Shown piece after piece: positions 10,888-20,967 of a stretch of 64,000 nt of DNA. The translations under genes were made by a program, and so were the position numbers. Below the pieces are notes generated by a model. That model had not been told where the DNA came from. It saw nothing but the letters and a program-made list of their open reading frames with translations, and made no database searches. The stretch comes from a virus, in IMG/VR virus record IMGVR_UViG_3300032291_002550, positions 64,436 to 128,435 of that record; one strand, 5' to 3'. Positions within the stretch are counted from its first letter, which is position 1; each line of letters begins with the position of its first letter.

Positions 10888-11166
10888 ATGACAGAAGAAA
10901 AGAATTATATTAATGAAATTTTATCTGAGGGTGTTGAGTTATTAATATCTCCAAAACTTAAATTTCCTAGAGAATTAAGTAATGAAGACAGAATTCAACT
11001 TTTTCAGAGAATGATAAAGTATTTTGAAACTCAAGAAGAATATTTAAAGTGTGCAGCTCTTGAAAAGCCATTATACAAATATGTTATTAAACAAAAGCAC
11101 GAACAATATGGAAAACAAAAATATGCAAGAATTAAAAACGCCATATCAAGTTCTGAAGCATCTTAA
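10888..11166 (+). CDS. hypothetical protein with UVR-like helical hairpin motif
   Basis: YFETQEEYLKCAAL resembles the UvrB/C motif. Confidence 0.45.
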   Translation: MTEEKNYINEILSEGVELLISPKLKFPRELSNEDRIQLFQRMIKYFETQEEYLKCAALEKPLYKYVIKQKHEQYGKQKYARIKNAISSSEAS

Positions 11167-11488
11167 AGAAGAGATGAATAGTCATTCTTATTTTAAAGAA
11201 GCTGTAGATAAAGAATTTATAAATGAAAAAAAGTTTTTTAATATAGTATATGGCTGTATAAAAGATAACTTTAAAAGAACAAAAAAAGCCTTTATTCTTC
11301 AAGAACAAATGAACTTTATAATAAAGAATGAAATTCAGATTAATATGGCATCTGCTATAAGTAACCTTTTAGATAATGAATTATTATGTATATCAGCAGT
11401 TAGTCCTAATGGAGAGCTAGTTTATAAATTAACTGAAACAGGATTTGATGCAGTAAAATTACTGAATAATGAAACAAACAAAGAATAA
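11108..11488 (+). CDS. hypothetical protein (possible winged-helix C-terminus)
   Basis: ORF; ATG at 11108 preferred; ends YKLTETG. Confidence 0.5.
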   Translation: MENKNMQELKTPYQVLKHLKEEMNSHSYFKEAVDKEFINEKKFFNIVYGCIKDNFKRTKKAFILQEQMNFIIKNEIQINMASAISNLLDNELLCISAVSPNGELVYKLTETGFDAVKLLNNETNKE

Positions 11489-11753
11489 GCAAAATAAAAC
11501 ATATAAACTAACTGTATATAATAATGATAATATATCTTTTAATGATATTATTTTTATTTTTAAATCATTAGGTCATGCAACACTTCAAGCAGAACAATGC
11601 GCCTCAATTATTCATAATAAAGGAAAGTATAATATGATCGTTGGAAATTATAATGAATTAGTAGAAATTCAATTATTATTAACAGATAACAATATTCAAT
11701 CGGAGATCATATCCGAAAGAACTAAAACAAAAAAACCCAAATCTAAAATTTAA
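11469..11753 (+). CDS. clpS: ClpS-like ATP-dependent Clp protease adaptor
   Basis: LTVYNND, QAEQCASIIHNKGK match Bacteroidota ClpS. Confidence 0.7.
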   Translation: MKQTKNKQNKTYKLTVYNNDNISFNDIIFIFKSLGHATLQAEQCASIIHNKGKYNMIVGNYNELVEIQLLLTDNNIQSEIISERTKTKKPKSKI

Positions 11754-11758
11754 AAGTT

Positions 11759-11968
11759 ATGGAAGAAACAATGGACATGGAACAAAAGCAAACGGCTATT
11801 ATGTTTGCTGACATGGCAGATCTTTGGAAAGAGTTCGAAACAAATCATCAAGATTATTCAACTAAAGGAACAAAGAAATCAGCAGCAAAGGCTAGAAAAG
11901 CAATTCAGTCTTTAAAGTCAATGATTACAAATTACAAGAAATCTTCAGTAGAAGAATGTAAAGCATAA
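11759..11968 (+). CDS. histone H1-like (Hc1) protein
   Basis: KGTKKSAAKARKA...YKKSSVE resembles the Bacteroidota Hc1 family. Confidence 0.6.
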   Translation: MEETMDMEQKQTAIMFADMADLWKEFETNHQDYSTKGTKKSAAKARKAIQSLKSMITNYKKSSVEECKA

Positions 11969-11989
11969 TCTTAGACTACTCAATGTAAT

Positions 11990-12023
11990 GAAAGGGCCGG
12001 TAAAACACCGCCCTTTCTTACTT
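11990..12023 (+). terminator. intrinsic terminator
   Basis: GAAAGGGC...GCCCTTTC hairpin followed by T-rich tail. Confidence 0.55.
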
Positions 12024-12052
12024 TAACCTATATTTATAATAAAGAAGATAAA

Positions 12053-12535
12053 ATGAAGAATAAAATTCTTAAACAACATATAAAAGAAGAAATAATGTCT
12101 TTATCTTATGAATTAATTTCTGAAAATATAAATCCGGAAGATCATTACGATTTTGAACATTCCCGTAAAAATCTTTGGAAATTTAAAGACAGAAAAAACT
12201 TTCAACATTTTATTGTTATTCATAAATCTTTATATAAAGAAGAAAATGATGCCGAAATAAAATTCGGATGGATAGATGAAAAAAATATAAAGAGATATGA
12301 TAAACCTCCTACATATGATGAACGTGTTTTTAATACACATATTTATATATTGTATAATGAAATATTAAAATATTATGTAGAATATTTTGATAGCTTTTAT
12401 TTAGAAGCTATTGATCCTATTAGATATAGATTATATAGGATGGCATTAAATAATACAATAGATAAATCAAAATATATACTTGAAGAAGTCCCGGAACAAA
12501 ACACTATTATAATTAAAATAAAAAATGAAGAATAA
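12053..12535 (+). CDS. hypothetical protein, putative head-packaged
   Basis: N-terminal MKNKILKQHIKEEI shared with neighbours. Confidence 0.55.
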   Translation: MKNKILKQHIKEEIMSLSYELISENINPEDHYDFEHSRKNLWKFKDRKNFQHFIVIHKSLYKEENDAEIKFGWIDEKNIKRYDKPPTYDERVFNTHIYILYNEILKYYVEYFDSFYLEAIDPIRYRLYRMALNNTIDKSKYILEEVPEQNTIIIKIKNEE

Positions 12536-13199
12536 AATTCTTAAACAACTTATAAAAGAAGAAATAAAGAACATACTTCGCGAAGGCGAAAATGAACAAC
12601 AAAACTATATGTTCTTTCAAAATCTTCATACTATCAAAAGAATGGTAGAGAAGATGCTTCAACTTAATCCTCAAGAAGTTGATGCTTTATTATCGAATGG
12701 CCATGCATGGGCTGTAGATCATATTTCAACTGCAGCAGATGATGTGGGTGAAGTCGGAACTTGGCTTTGTAATGAAGTAGGGCAACCATCTAATAACATG
12801 ATGAATGAGAATAATGAAAATAATAATTGGGAAACTGTATATACATGGGCTAAATTATTTTCAACAGATAACGGGAATTTTTTAAGTAAAAATAATATAA
12901 CATCTGGTGTGTGGTTAAAAAAAGCAATTGAAGGTGGTAAAATTACACTACAAGATATTGATAATGTAACGCGTGAATCAGATGGTGTTAAGTTTTCTGA
13001 ATTACCAATGTTAAAGAGTTTAACTAAAAATACAATCCCAGAATCCAAATCTGCAGAGTCAGAATCTTGGAAAAAATCAGGTTTTAAAAGTGAAGAAGAA
13101 TATAAAAAGTTTTTAGATACTAAAATGAAAGATATGATGAGTAAGATAACATCTGATCCTAAATTATTAAATGTATTTAAAAGATTAAAAGATAAATAA
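12525..13199 (+). CDS. hypothetical protein, putative head-packaged
   Basis: N-terminal MKNKILKQLIKEEIKNILRE. Confidence 0.55.
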   Translation: MKNKILKQLIKEEIKNILREGENEQQNYMFFQNLHTIKRMVEKMLQLNPQEVDALLSNGHAWAVDHISTAADDVGEVGTWLCNEVGQPSNNMMNENNENNNWETVYTWAKLFSTDNGNFLSKNNITSGVWLKKAIEGGKITLQDIDNVTRESDGVKFSELPMLKSLTKNTIPESKSAESESWKKSGFKSEEEYKKFLDTKMKDMMSKITSDPKLLNVFKRLKDK

Positions 13200-13646
13200 A
13201 TGAAGACATTAAATAATAAACATAATAAACTAAAAACACTTATCAAAGAACATATCAAACGCGTTCTTTTAGAAGAAGGGTTTCAAGCTACGGACAATAT
13301 TTATCTTTCTATGTATGAAGATAATGTTATTCTTACTCAATCATTCGGTGGTGATGAATCAGATACAGGACAAAAGATAGAAATATCTATGAAAGACTTC
13401 CCTAAGATCTTAGATGGGTTGTTTAATTTAGTCCCTGTAAATAGAATACCTGTTAACTATCGTCAAAGTATGATAGCTAAATTATCTGATAAAGCAATTA
13501 ATCAAGAAACAGATCTTGCTGCTGAAAAGCCAGATGGTGAATTTAAAGGTAAAAAAGGTAAAGAGGAAGAAGAAGGCGCTGAAGGAGGAGAAGAAGCTGC
13601 ACCAGAAGAAGAAGGTAAAGAGGGTGGTAAAAATCCATTTGCATAA
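13200..13646 (+). CDS. hypothetical protein with acidic C-terminus
   Basis: LKTLIKEHIKRVLLE motif; Glu/Gly-rich tail. Confidence 0.55.
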   Translation: MKTLNNKHNKLKTLIKEHIKRVLLEEGFQATDNIYLSMYEDNVILTQSFGGDESDTGQKIEISMKDFPKILDGLFNLVPVNRIPVNYRQSMIAKLSDKAINQETDLAAEKPDGEFKGKKGKEEEEGAEGGEEAAPEEEGKEGGKNPFA

Positions 13647-13657
13647 TTTTAAAGTAT

Positions 13658-14275
13658 ATGATGCCACTTATTCATAACAATAATTCATTTAACGACTTAT
13701 CATATCAGCTTTATAAACATATGTCTGATAAGTATGAAGTTCTTAAGAATCAATATCCTAAGTTTATTATTAATAATAAACAACAATCATCACATATTTT
13801 AGGGCCAACAGCTAACTATAATCCGATGAATCAAACAATCACCGTATATAGCTTTGGGCGCCATCCTAAAGATATGTTACGATCATTTGCTCATGAAGTA
13901 ATTCATCATATTCAAAATTGTGAAGGAAGATTGGCAAATACTTCTACACATGAAGGATATGCTTTAGACGACCCTAAGATGAGCGAGCTTGAACGCGAAG
14001 CATATGAGCAAGGTAATATGTGCTTTAGAGAATTTGAAGATTTATATAAAAGAAATAACCCCATTAATGAAGGAGATTCATCTATGTATGCTGATAAACT
14101 TCAAAAACAACCTGGGTCTATAAAGAGCGCTGCAAAGAAAATAGATATTAAAGCAGAATTTCCTGAAGCATTTACTGCATGGTTTAATACATTAGGTATA
14201 ACTAAAGATAAAGTAAATATATCTTCTATTAAATCAATGGTTGGTAATGCTCTTTCTCAAATGGGCTTTAACTAA
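13658..14275 (+). CDS. putative metallopeptidase (HExxH)
   Basis: RSFAHEVIHHIQ and ELEREAY. Confidence 0.55.
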   Translation: MMPLIHNNNSFNDLSYQLYKHMSDKYEVLKNQYPKFIINNKQQSSHILGPTANYNPMNQTITVYSFGRHPKDMLRSFAHEVIHHIQNCEGRLANTSTHEGYALDDPKMSELEREAYEQGNMCFREFEDLYKRNNPINEGDSSMYADKLQKQPGSIKSAAKKIDIKAEFPEAFTAWFNTLGITKDKVNISSIKSMVGNALSQMGFN

Positions 14276-14276
14276 T

Positions 14277-14480
14277 ATGGAGCGTTTAAAAGAATATATA
14301 CGTAAGATAGTTAAAGAAGAAATGGGCGGGGCGACAATGAATGCTCAGGAAATGGCTCGTCATAAAAAGAAGCTTCAGAAACTTAAAAAAATATTAGCAA
14401 CACAAGGAGATCAAATGATAGAATATCCTAAATCATTACCTAATACAGTCTTTAATGCTAAACTAATTAATAAAAAATGA
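14277..14480 (+). CDS. hypothetical protein
   Basis: ATG at 14277; MERLKEYIRKIVKEE motif. Confidence 0.55.
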   Translation: MERLKEYIRKIVKEEMGGATMNAQEMARHKKKLQKLKKILATQGDQMIEYPKSLPNTVFNAKLINKK

Positions 14481-14830
14481 TTAAACTTAAAAACATAATC
14501 TCAGAAGCTAAGAAACCAGAAGATAAAAAAGACACTTTCGAATCTTTCGCAGAAACAAGAATGGGTGGAGCAGAGAAGATATCTGATAATGCTCATGAGA
14601 AAGGAGGCTTAGCTCTTCTTACTTGGCACCATTTTAAAGTGAAGCTTCCTTATTATAAGAAAGCATCAGAAGGTAAATTAGATGTTGAGAAAATGAAGTC
14701 TGAATATAAAGAACTTCTTGAGAAGCTTTATAAATCAACTAAAGGTAATATGAATATTACTCAAATACAATTTCAAGAGTTAGTCGGAAAGATTGAAGTG
14801 TTAGGTGAATTAATTATTAAACATAAATGA
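14477..14830 (+). CDS. hypothetical protein
   Basis: MIKLKNIISE N-terminal motif. Confidence 0.6.
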   Translation: MIKLKNIISEAKKPEDKKDTFESFAETRMGGAEKISDNAHEKGGLALLTWHHFKVKLPYYKKASEGKLDVEKMKSEYKELLEKLYKSTKGNMNITQIQFQELVGKIEVLGELIIKHK

Positions 14831-15069
14831 TAAAATTAAAAGACATAATCTCAGAAGATAAGAAAGAACAATATGTTCCATATATGTATTCATCAGTTGG
14901 ATTTGGATGTCATGTATGTAAATTCTATTATAAAGAAAAAGACAAACACATGTGCGATAATCAAGATTATTACAAATATAAAGGAACACATGAGTTAATA
15001 GATGATAATGGCAATCAAATAAAAGACCCTTCAAAATGGTGTTCTAACTGGTTTAAACCATCTAATTAG
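14827..15069 (+). CDS. small Cys-rich protein, HiPIP-like motif
   Basis: [10 protein letters not shown] leader; CHVC...C...WC. Confidence 0.45.
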   Translation: MIKLKDIISEDKKEQYVPYMYSSVGFGCHVCKFYYKEKDKHMCDNQDYYKYKGTHELIDDNGNQIKDPSKWCSNWFKPSN

Positions 15070-15070
15070 T

Positions 15071-15712
15071 ATGAAATTAGAACTTACGAATAATAAACTA
15101 AATGATATTAAGTATTGGAGCAATCCTATACAAGATACTGAATACTATCCTTCAGTAAATGATATTTCTTTATTTGATGTTAATGGATATGATTTATGCG
15201 TATTAGAACAAGAATATGCTAAAGTAAATATGCCAGCAATTGAACATCGTTACAAACAAGCTATTAAAAAGGAATGGATGAAAGATATAGATAAAAGTAT
15301 ATCCGGATGCCATATAAATCATGCTCTTTTATTTGAGCGTAAAGGATATTCTGGCCCTGCATTAGAACAATTATCATCATGGGCAAAAGAATTACCTTTA
15401 ATAAATAAACTAATCTTTATTAATCCAAAATGGGGTATAGACCTTTCAATTGATTATGTAGATGATAATGGCAATGTATTTGAAGTGTTTCATTATGAAT
15501 GGGATTCATTTAACTATTCTAAAGTGTTAAGAATGAAAGAAAAGATTGAATATCTGGCATTAAATACAAATTGGGATGATGTTGCAATGGAATTAATTAA
15601 AAGAAAAGATGAATGGTCTTTATTACCATTTTTCGAACAAAGTAACTGGAAATGTAAGTTCTATGGTATCGAGCCTGAAAACTTTAAAGAAATAATTTGG
15701 AGCTCTATATAA
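15071..15712 (+). CDS. hypothetical protein
   Basis: 213-aa ORF. Confidence 0.65.
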   Translation: MKLELTNNKLNDIKYWSNPIQDTEYYPSVNDISLFDVNGYDLCVLEQEYAKVNMPAIEHRYKQAIKKEWMKDIDKSISGCHINHALLFERKGYSGPALEQLSSWAKELPLINKLIFINPKWGIDLSIDYVDDNGNVFEVFHYEWDSFNYSKVLRMKEKIEYLALNTNWDDVAMELIKRKDEWSLLPFFEQSNWKCKFYGIEPENFKEIIWSSI

Positions 15713-15713
15713 T

Positions 15714-16178
15714 ATGATAAAACTTAAAAAATTACTAACAGAATTAGGAGAAGGAGTACCGCCTTATCAATGGTCAGGGCCTCAAGAAAAGACTGGTATA
15801 GTAGAATATTATTTTACGACAGAAGATAATGATTATTATAAAGTAAGATTTGATGGTATGATGGGTAATGATTGGGAATTGGCATTCTATGCTAATAATG
15901 ATTCTAGTGTAATTATAAATAAAGGTCATCAATATAAAGTTATATCTACAGTAATGGATATTATAAAGTCCTTTGTAGAAGAATACCCAGTTGATTTAAT
16001 TCGTTTTACAGGCTCAGATAAAAAAGGAGCTACGACAAATCAAAGAAATTTATTATATGTACGATACATAGATAAAAATATTGATAAACTTCCTGGATAC
16101 CATGCTGTAATAGGAACAACATATATTAATATTATTCGAGATGAGCCATTGCCAGGAATGGAACTTAAATCTACTTAA
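15714..16178 (+). CDS. hypothetical protein
   Basis: MIKLKKLLTE N-terminal motif. Confidence 0.6.
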   Translation: MIKLKKLLTELGEGVPPYQWSGPQEKTGIVEYYFTTEDNDYYKVRFDGMMGNDWELAFYANNDSSVIINKGHQYKVISTVMDIIKSFVEEYPVDLIRFTGSDKKGATTNQRNLLYVRYIDKNIDKLPGYHAVIGTTYINIIRDEPLPGMELKST

Positions 16179-16232
16179 AATAACGATTGTTTATTACGTA
16201 TGTAATAATTATATTAAAGAAAGTATCATATT

Positions 16233-16808
16233 ATGCAACAAAAGGTTTACAAAAATGATCCAGATGGTAGTATTTGGGCAAGTATGTCAGAAGAAGAAAG
16301 ACAAGAAAGCGAAAATAGTAAAACTGATTATTCAAAATATTCAGATAACCAATTGGCTATGGCAATTGTTAAGCTTTCGAGATTTGAAGGTAATAAATTT
16401 GATAAAATTGATCTTCAAAGCTTAAAAGATGAATTAAATAAACGTAAAAAACAACCTAAAAAAATAAAAGAAATAATGAACAAAACAGCATTAAAGGCTC
16501 TTATAAAAGAGTGCTACAAAGAAGTGTTAGCTGAGAACGAAGAAATGGATCTTCCTGCAGATACTGGTAAAAATATTAACATGGGATTCGATAACAACGT
16601 TGGATTAGATGTTGATAAGAGAATGTCAGGCAATATGAGTAAAGTAATGACTCAAATAGAAATGCTAAAAAATAAATTAGCTCCATTCATTGCTGATTTC
16701 AAAGCTAAGAAGTTATCTAAAGAAGAATATATAGCAGCTACAAAGGGCCTAGTAGCTGACCTTAAGAAAGCTCAAATGGCATTAGAGCTTATGATGGCCA
16801 AATTATAA
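16233..16808 (+). CDS. hypothetical protein
   Basis: ORF; internal LKALIKECYKEVLAE motif (possible second start at MNKTA). Confidence 0.55.
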   Translation: MQQKVYKNDPDGSIWASMSEEERQESENSKTDYSKYSDNQLAMAIVKLSRFEGNKFDKIDLQSLKDELNKRKKQPKKIKEIMNKTALKALIKECYKEVLAENEEMDLPADTGKNINMGFDNNVGLDVDKRMSGNMSKVMTQIEMLKNKLAPFIADFKAKKLSKEEYIAATKGLVADLKKAQMALELMMAKL

Positions 16809-16842
16809 TTATGTATGGATACCGTACCGCGAAGTATAAATA

Positions 16843-17061
16843 ATGACATTCAGAGAAACATTCAAAAAGAACATTCTAACGATAATTCTAATGGCAGCAA
16901 CTTTCTTTCTGCCACTTGGATTCGATGCCTTGTTCGCTCTAACCATGCGCTGGACGGGTTCTTTTTGGGCAGCAGACATAATTTTTTATTGTATTTCTCT
17001 ATCATTTTTTGGATTATATTTTTATCTATCTAAAAAGTGGGGCATTAACAAAACCAACTAA
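16843..17061 (+). CDS. small two-TM membrane protein
   Basis: two hydrophobic segments, basic C-terminus. Confidence 0.55.
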   Translation: MTFRETFKKNILTIILMAATFFLPLGFDALFALTMRWTGSFWAADIIFYCISLSFFGLYFYLSKKWGINKTN

Positions 17062-17066
17062 ACATT

Positions 17067-17351
17067 ATGGAAATATCAAAACAAGGAAATTATACGGACC
17101 CAGCAAATCAAGTATCTGCAATGGATACTGACTTAAAAGATAAGTTAAGAAAGCGTCTTAAGTATGTCATACTTCAATATTTAACGGATAATCCTCCACA
17201 AAGTCCTATAACAGGATTAGACCCAGAAATGCATTCAGTATATACATCTGATATGTATTTGGAAGAATCTATTAAAGCATTAAATTCATTAACAGAATTG
17301 TTTGATTTAATTAACGAACATTATTCAATATTAAATGAGTCTAAAGTATAA
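17067..17351 (+). CDS. hypothetical protein
   Basis: ORF track. Confidence 0.55.
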   Translation: MEISKQGNYTDPANQVSAMDTDLKDKLRKRLKYVILQYLTDNPPQSPITGLDPEMHSVYTSDMYLEESIKALNSLTELFDLINEHYSILNESKV

Positions 17352-17781
17352 GAAAAATAAATCTTATAACAAACAAAGAAGCGTAAATAAGAATTATAAT
17401 ATTATATCGAAAAAGGATATTGCTCGTATACAAAATTTTATTATTGAGCGAGCAATATTCGTTTCGGGACAAGATGCAGATACTGTTATTCTAAAGCTAA
17501 GTCTAAATGAATTAGAAAAAATCTTAAAAAAGATTAGGAAAAATAAAAAAGATACTTTATATTTAAATAAGTTTAAAGATAGATCAATTATGGATTTCAT
17601 CATACCAATAGCAAATAAACTAATGACTAAAAAATATTATTCATCTAGCAGAGTTGACCCTTACGGGGAAGCAATGGATTCTATTATATCTCCGTCGAGA
17701 TTATTAGCTGCAAATTATTTTGCAAAAAGAAAAAGATTAGCATTAAGAGAATATCTGAAAATTTTTAAAGTATCAAAATAA
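17335..17781 (+). CDS. hypothetical basic protein
   Basis: ORF track. Confidence 0.55.
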   Translation: MSLKYKKNKSYNKQRSVNKNYNIISKKDIARIQNFIIERAIFVSGQDADTVILKLSLNELEKILKKIRKNKKDTLYLNKFKDRSIMDFIIPIANKLMTKKYYSSSRVDPYGEAMDSIISPSRLLAANYFAKRKRLALREYLKIFKVSK

Positions 17782-17795
17782 ATAAATCATCAAAA

Positions 17796-17969
17796 ATGAA
17801 AAAACAATTAATCATAGCTGCAATAGCTATTTCAATTATGTTCGCTGTATCATGTGGACAAACACCAGTATCAAATGTATCTGAAAATACAGATAGTATT
17901 TCTATCATAGAGTCAGCTACGGATAGTATGTTAGACTCAACAGTATACGAAATTGACACGTTAAACTAA
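17796..17969 (+). CDS. small lipoprotein (57 aa, not in ORF track)
   Basis: MKKQLIIAAIAISIMFAVS-C signal peptide II/lipobox; followed by terminator. Confidence 0.7.
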   Translation: MKKQLIIAAIAISIMFAVSCGQTPVSNVSENTDSISIIESATDSMLDSTVYEIDTLN

Positions 17970-17993
17970 TTAGTTTAAAATTTTAAAATAAAT

Positions 17994-18023
17994 ACGAGCT
18001 TCCTTATTGGGGCTCGTTTTTTT
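17994..18023 (+). terminator. intrinsic terminator
   Basis: ACGAGC...GCTCGT stem plus T run. Confidence 0.7.
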
Positions 18024-18102
18024 ATGGACTTAATTATCAATACTTTACAAAATTTAACAAAGATTTATTTGGAAATATGAAATGTATATCTTATATTTAT
18101 GT

Positions 18103-18372
18103 ATGATAAATTTATTAATAGGTGCAATTGGAGCATTAACTATTATATCAGGTATATTGATATATAGAATATATGATATTAAAGACCGCGTAACTGCTCA
18201 AGAAAAGCTTTTAGATGAATGTATACATGTTACGGCAGATCTAATTAATAGACATAATGAATTAGCAGAAATAATCGCTCAAGCAATGGAAGACGCTAAA
18301 GCAGATATGGAATTAGAAGAGATATTACATTCAAATATAATATTTAATCCAAACTCAATCGGACAAGCTTAA
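18103..18372 (+). CDS. membrane-anchored coiled-coil protein
   Basis: ATG just after promoter; N-terminal TM. Confidence 0.55.
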   Translation: MINLLIGAIGALTIISGILIYRIYDIKDRVTAQEKLLDECIHVTADLINRHNELAEIIAQAMEDAKADMELEEILHSNIIFNPNSIGQA

Positions 18373-18388
18373 TAAAAAATAAATATAT

Positions 18389-18622
18389 ATGTTCACATTT
18401 TTAGATTCATCAAACACATCGATGCCAAAATATCACTTTACATCGTCATTGCCGGGGCCTCAATCTCCTGAAGTATTAAAAGCCATAAAAGAAAGTATCA
18501 AAGAAGCATTTCCAAATGGACCTGCTATTTCAAAGACTATATTTCCTGATGTAGATTTATCTGTTAAAGATAAAATGAAACATATTGGTAAAGAAATTAT
18601 TAAACTAAGAAAGAAAAGATAA
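18389..18622 (+). CDS. hypothetical protein
   Basis: ORF track. Confidence 0.5.
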   Translation: MFTFLDSSNTSMPKYHFTSSLPGPQSPEVLKAIKESIKEAFPNGPAISKTIFPDVDLSVKDKMKHIGKEIIKLRKKR

Positions 18623-18623
18623 T

Positions 18624-19007
18624 ATGCAAACAATAGCTCAACAATTAAAAATTAAAAAATTTCCATTCATAATTAATGATCATAATGGAAATGAAATTTA
18701 CTATGAAAGTTCAAACGGATTTTGTATTAGAAGAGAAAAAGACGAAAACGACAATCAAACATTCGCTGAAAATTCAGAAGGATATTGGTGTAAATCTGAA
18801 TTTGATTCTAACGGAAATGAAATCTACTTTGAAAATTCAAATGGATATTGGTGGAAATCTGAATATAATTCCAATGGAAATATAATCTACTATGAAAGTT
18901 CAAAAGGAACAATCATAGATAAAAGACCTAAAACAGTTGAACTGACGATGGATGAAATTGCTAAGAAGTTGGGCATTGATGTTAATTTATTAAAAATAAA
19001 AAAGTAA
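18624..19007 (+). CDS. repeat protein, paralog 1 (D.NGN.IY.E.S.G.W repeats)
   Basis: 23-aa internal repeats; termini shared with 20043 and 23335. Confidence 0.7.
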   Translation: MQTIAQQLKIKKFPFIINDHNGNEIYYESSNGFCIRREKDENDNQTFAENSEGYWCKSEFDSNGNEIYFENSNGYWWKSEYNSNGNIIYYESSKGTIIDKRPKTVELTMDEIAKKLGIDVNLLKIKK

Positions 19008-19033
19008 ACTAACTATATAAAATATAATTGATT

Positions 19034-19603
19034 ATGGAAACTATAAAAACATGGCTTTGGAAAAACATCGGATGGTATATTAAAAGTATATACAATAGAT
19101 TCTATAATCTATATAGATGGTTTCCAATAATTTGGAAAGACCGCGATTATGATGATTGGTATATATTTACTATACTCCAAACTAAACTTAAACATCAAGC
19201 AGAATATATCGGAACAAGAGATATACATACCAGAGCTCAATACGATGCTCAACGTATGCGAACATGTGTACGATTAATTGAAAAAGTTAAAGAAGAATCA
19301 TATGTAGATGAATATATGGAGTATTACGAATTAAGTTTCGGAAGTACCCCAGTACCAGGGTCAGACTTACATACTCTTGATATGACAACTAAAAATGAAC
19401 ACTTTGATGATTATTTTTTAGCGTATCCGTTAGATTATAAAAGGGTCCTTAACGGAGCTGGATGGTTAGACATTAATAATTCAGACTCAGAGACAGAACG
19501 TAATAGACTTATTGCCATGAATATGTCCTATTTAAGAGGGCAACGAGCAAAGAAAATATTATTCCAACTTTTAGATAGACATATTGAAGGTTGGTGGGAT
19601 TAG
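19034..19603 (+). CDS. hypothetical protein
   Basis: ORF ending GWWD. Confidence 0.65.
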   Translation: METIKTWLWKNIGWYIKSIYNRFYNLYRWFPIIWKDRDYDDWYIFTILQTKLKHQAEYIGTRDIHTRAQYDAQRMRTCVRLIEKVKEESYVDEYMEYYELSFGSTPVPGSDLHTLDMTTKNEHFDDYFLAYPLDYKRVLNGAGWLDINNSDSETERNRLIAMNMSYLRGQRAKKILFQLLDRHIEGWWD

Positions 19604-19705
19604 AAACTTTAATGTACTGATATTCAAATACTTATAAAAATATTTACTGAAATATTAGGATATTTGAAATGTATTCCTTATCTTAAAGTATAATAAGAAA
19701 TTAAT

Positions 19706-20035
19706 ATGAAAGTAAAATTATTAAAGAAAGTAAGAAAAAGATTCGAGATATTTCATTTACCTAACGGAGAAGTGTTTGGTAATACTCACTATAAATATAA
19801 TTTGTTTAAGCTCATTGATAATAATGGAGGCTATTGGCCGTATGATAGCTATGCTCAATTAGGAGTAACTCCAGGCCCTTATAAATTTTGTGAAAGTATT
19901 TTTGATACAGAAAAAGAATGTATTGATTATTTAAGAAATAATATTATAAAAATTTTAAGAAGCGAAACATGTAATCAAAGTTCTAAAAGTAAAAGAATTA
20001 AAAATAACAGAATAAAGGTTTGGTATAAAAAATAA
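19706..20035 (+). CDS. hypothetical protein
   Basis: follows promoter motif. Confidence 0.6.
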   Translation: MKVKLLKKVRKRFEIFHLPNGEVFGNTHYKYNLFKLIDNNGGYWPYDSYAQLGVTPGPYKFCESIFDTEKECIDYLRNNIIKILRSETCNQSSKSKRIKNNRIKVWYKK

Positions 20036-20042
20036 AAATAAT

Positions 20043-20366
20043 ATGTTTAATATGATAACAATAGCACAACAATTAAAAATTAAAAAATTTCCATTCATAA
20101 TTAATGATCATAATGGGCATCAAATCTATGCCGAATATGAAAGTGGATTTTGGATTAGAAGAGAAAAAGACGAGAAAGGTAATCAAACATTTTCTGAAAA
20201 TTCATATGGTTTTTGGTGGAAATCTGAATATGATTCAAAGGGAAATAGAATTTACTATGAAGATACACAAGGAGTAATGTACGATAACAGAACGGTTGAA
20301 TTAACAATGGATGAAATTGCCAAAAAACTTGGCATTGATGTAAAACTTTTAAAAATTAAGAAATAG
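20043..20366 (+). CDS. repeat protein, paralog 2
   Basis: TIAQQLKIKKFPFII...ELTMDEIAKKLGIDV. Confidence 0.7.
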   Translation: MFNMITIAQQLKIKKFPFIINDHNGHQIYAEYESGFWIRREKDEKGNQTFSENSYGFWWKSEYDSKGNRIYYEDTQGVMYDNRTVELTMDEIAKKLGIDVKLLKIKK

Positions 20367-20632
20367 TATGGACAAATATAATATTATAATGATATTGGGA
20401 TGGATGTTATTAGTATCATCTTGGGTTCCGAAACACTTTATTAAAAATGACAAATTGAGAAATACAATTAATCTAATATTATCTGGCGCTGCTTGTATAT
20501 TATTCTTAACATCAATAATCAGTTTACTTTAAAACATAAATAATAACATAATAAAGGATAGTATATATAATGCTATCCTTTTTTCATGTTCTTTCATTCA
20601 TTCACCATAATTATAATAAAGAAATAAATATT

Positions 20633-20950
20633 ATGGCATTAGAACCTGGATATACATATAGTAGTGGAATAGCTACTGCAAGCGCTGCAGACGGTAAGAC
20701 AAGCATATCTGCACCATTAATGGATTATTCTAGAACAGCAACAGCATCTGGAACATTAACTTCATTAACAACAGAAGCTTGTCAAGGAATAACAATTATT
20801 AATTCAAGTGCGGGCACATTATTCGTAAGTGTAAATAGTGGAAGTGCATTAAGCATTCCAGCAAACTCTGGCTTTTCATTTAATGTGGACAATGCAAATG
20901 AACTTAGAATATCTGGTTCAGGTGCTATTGGATATAACGTATCTAAATAA
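20633..20950 (+). CDS. putative virion structural protein (beta-rich, G/S/T/A-rich)
   Basis: ATG at 20633; composition; upstream of fibre-like gene. Confidence 0.5.
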   Translation: MALEPGYTYSSGIATASAADGKTSISAPLMDYSRTATASGTLTSLTTEACQGITIINSSAGTLFVSVNSGSALSIPANSGFSFNVDNANELRISGSGAIGYNVSK

Positions 20951-20967
20951 TTTATTAGTTATTATAT

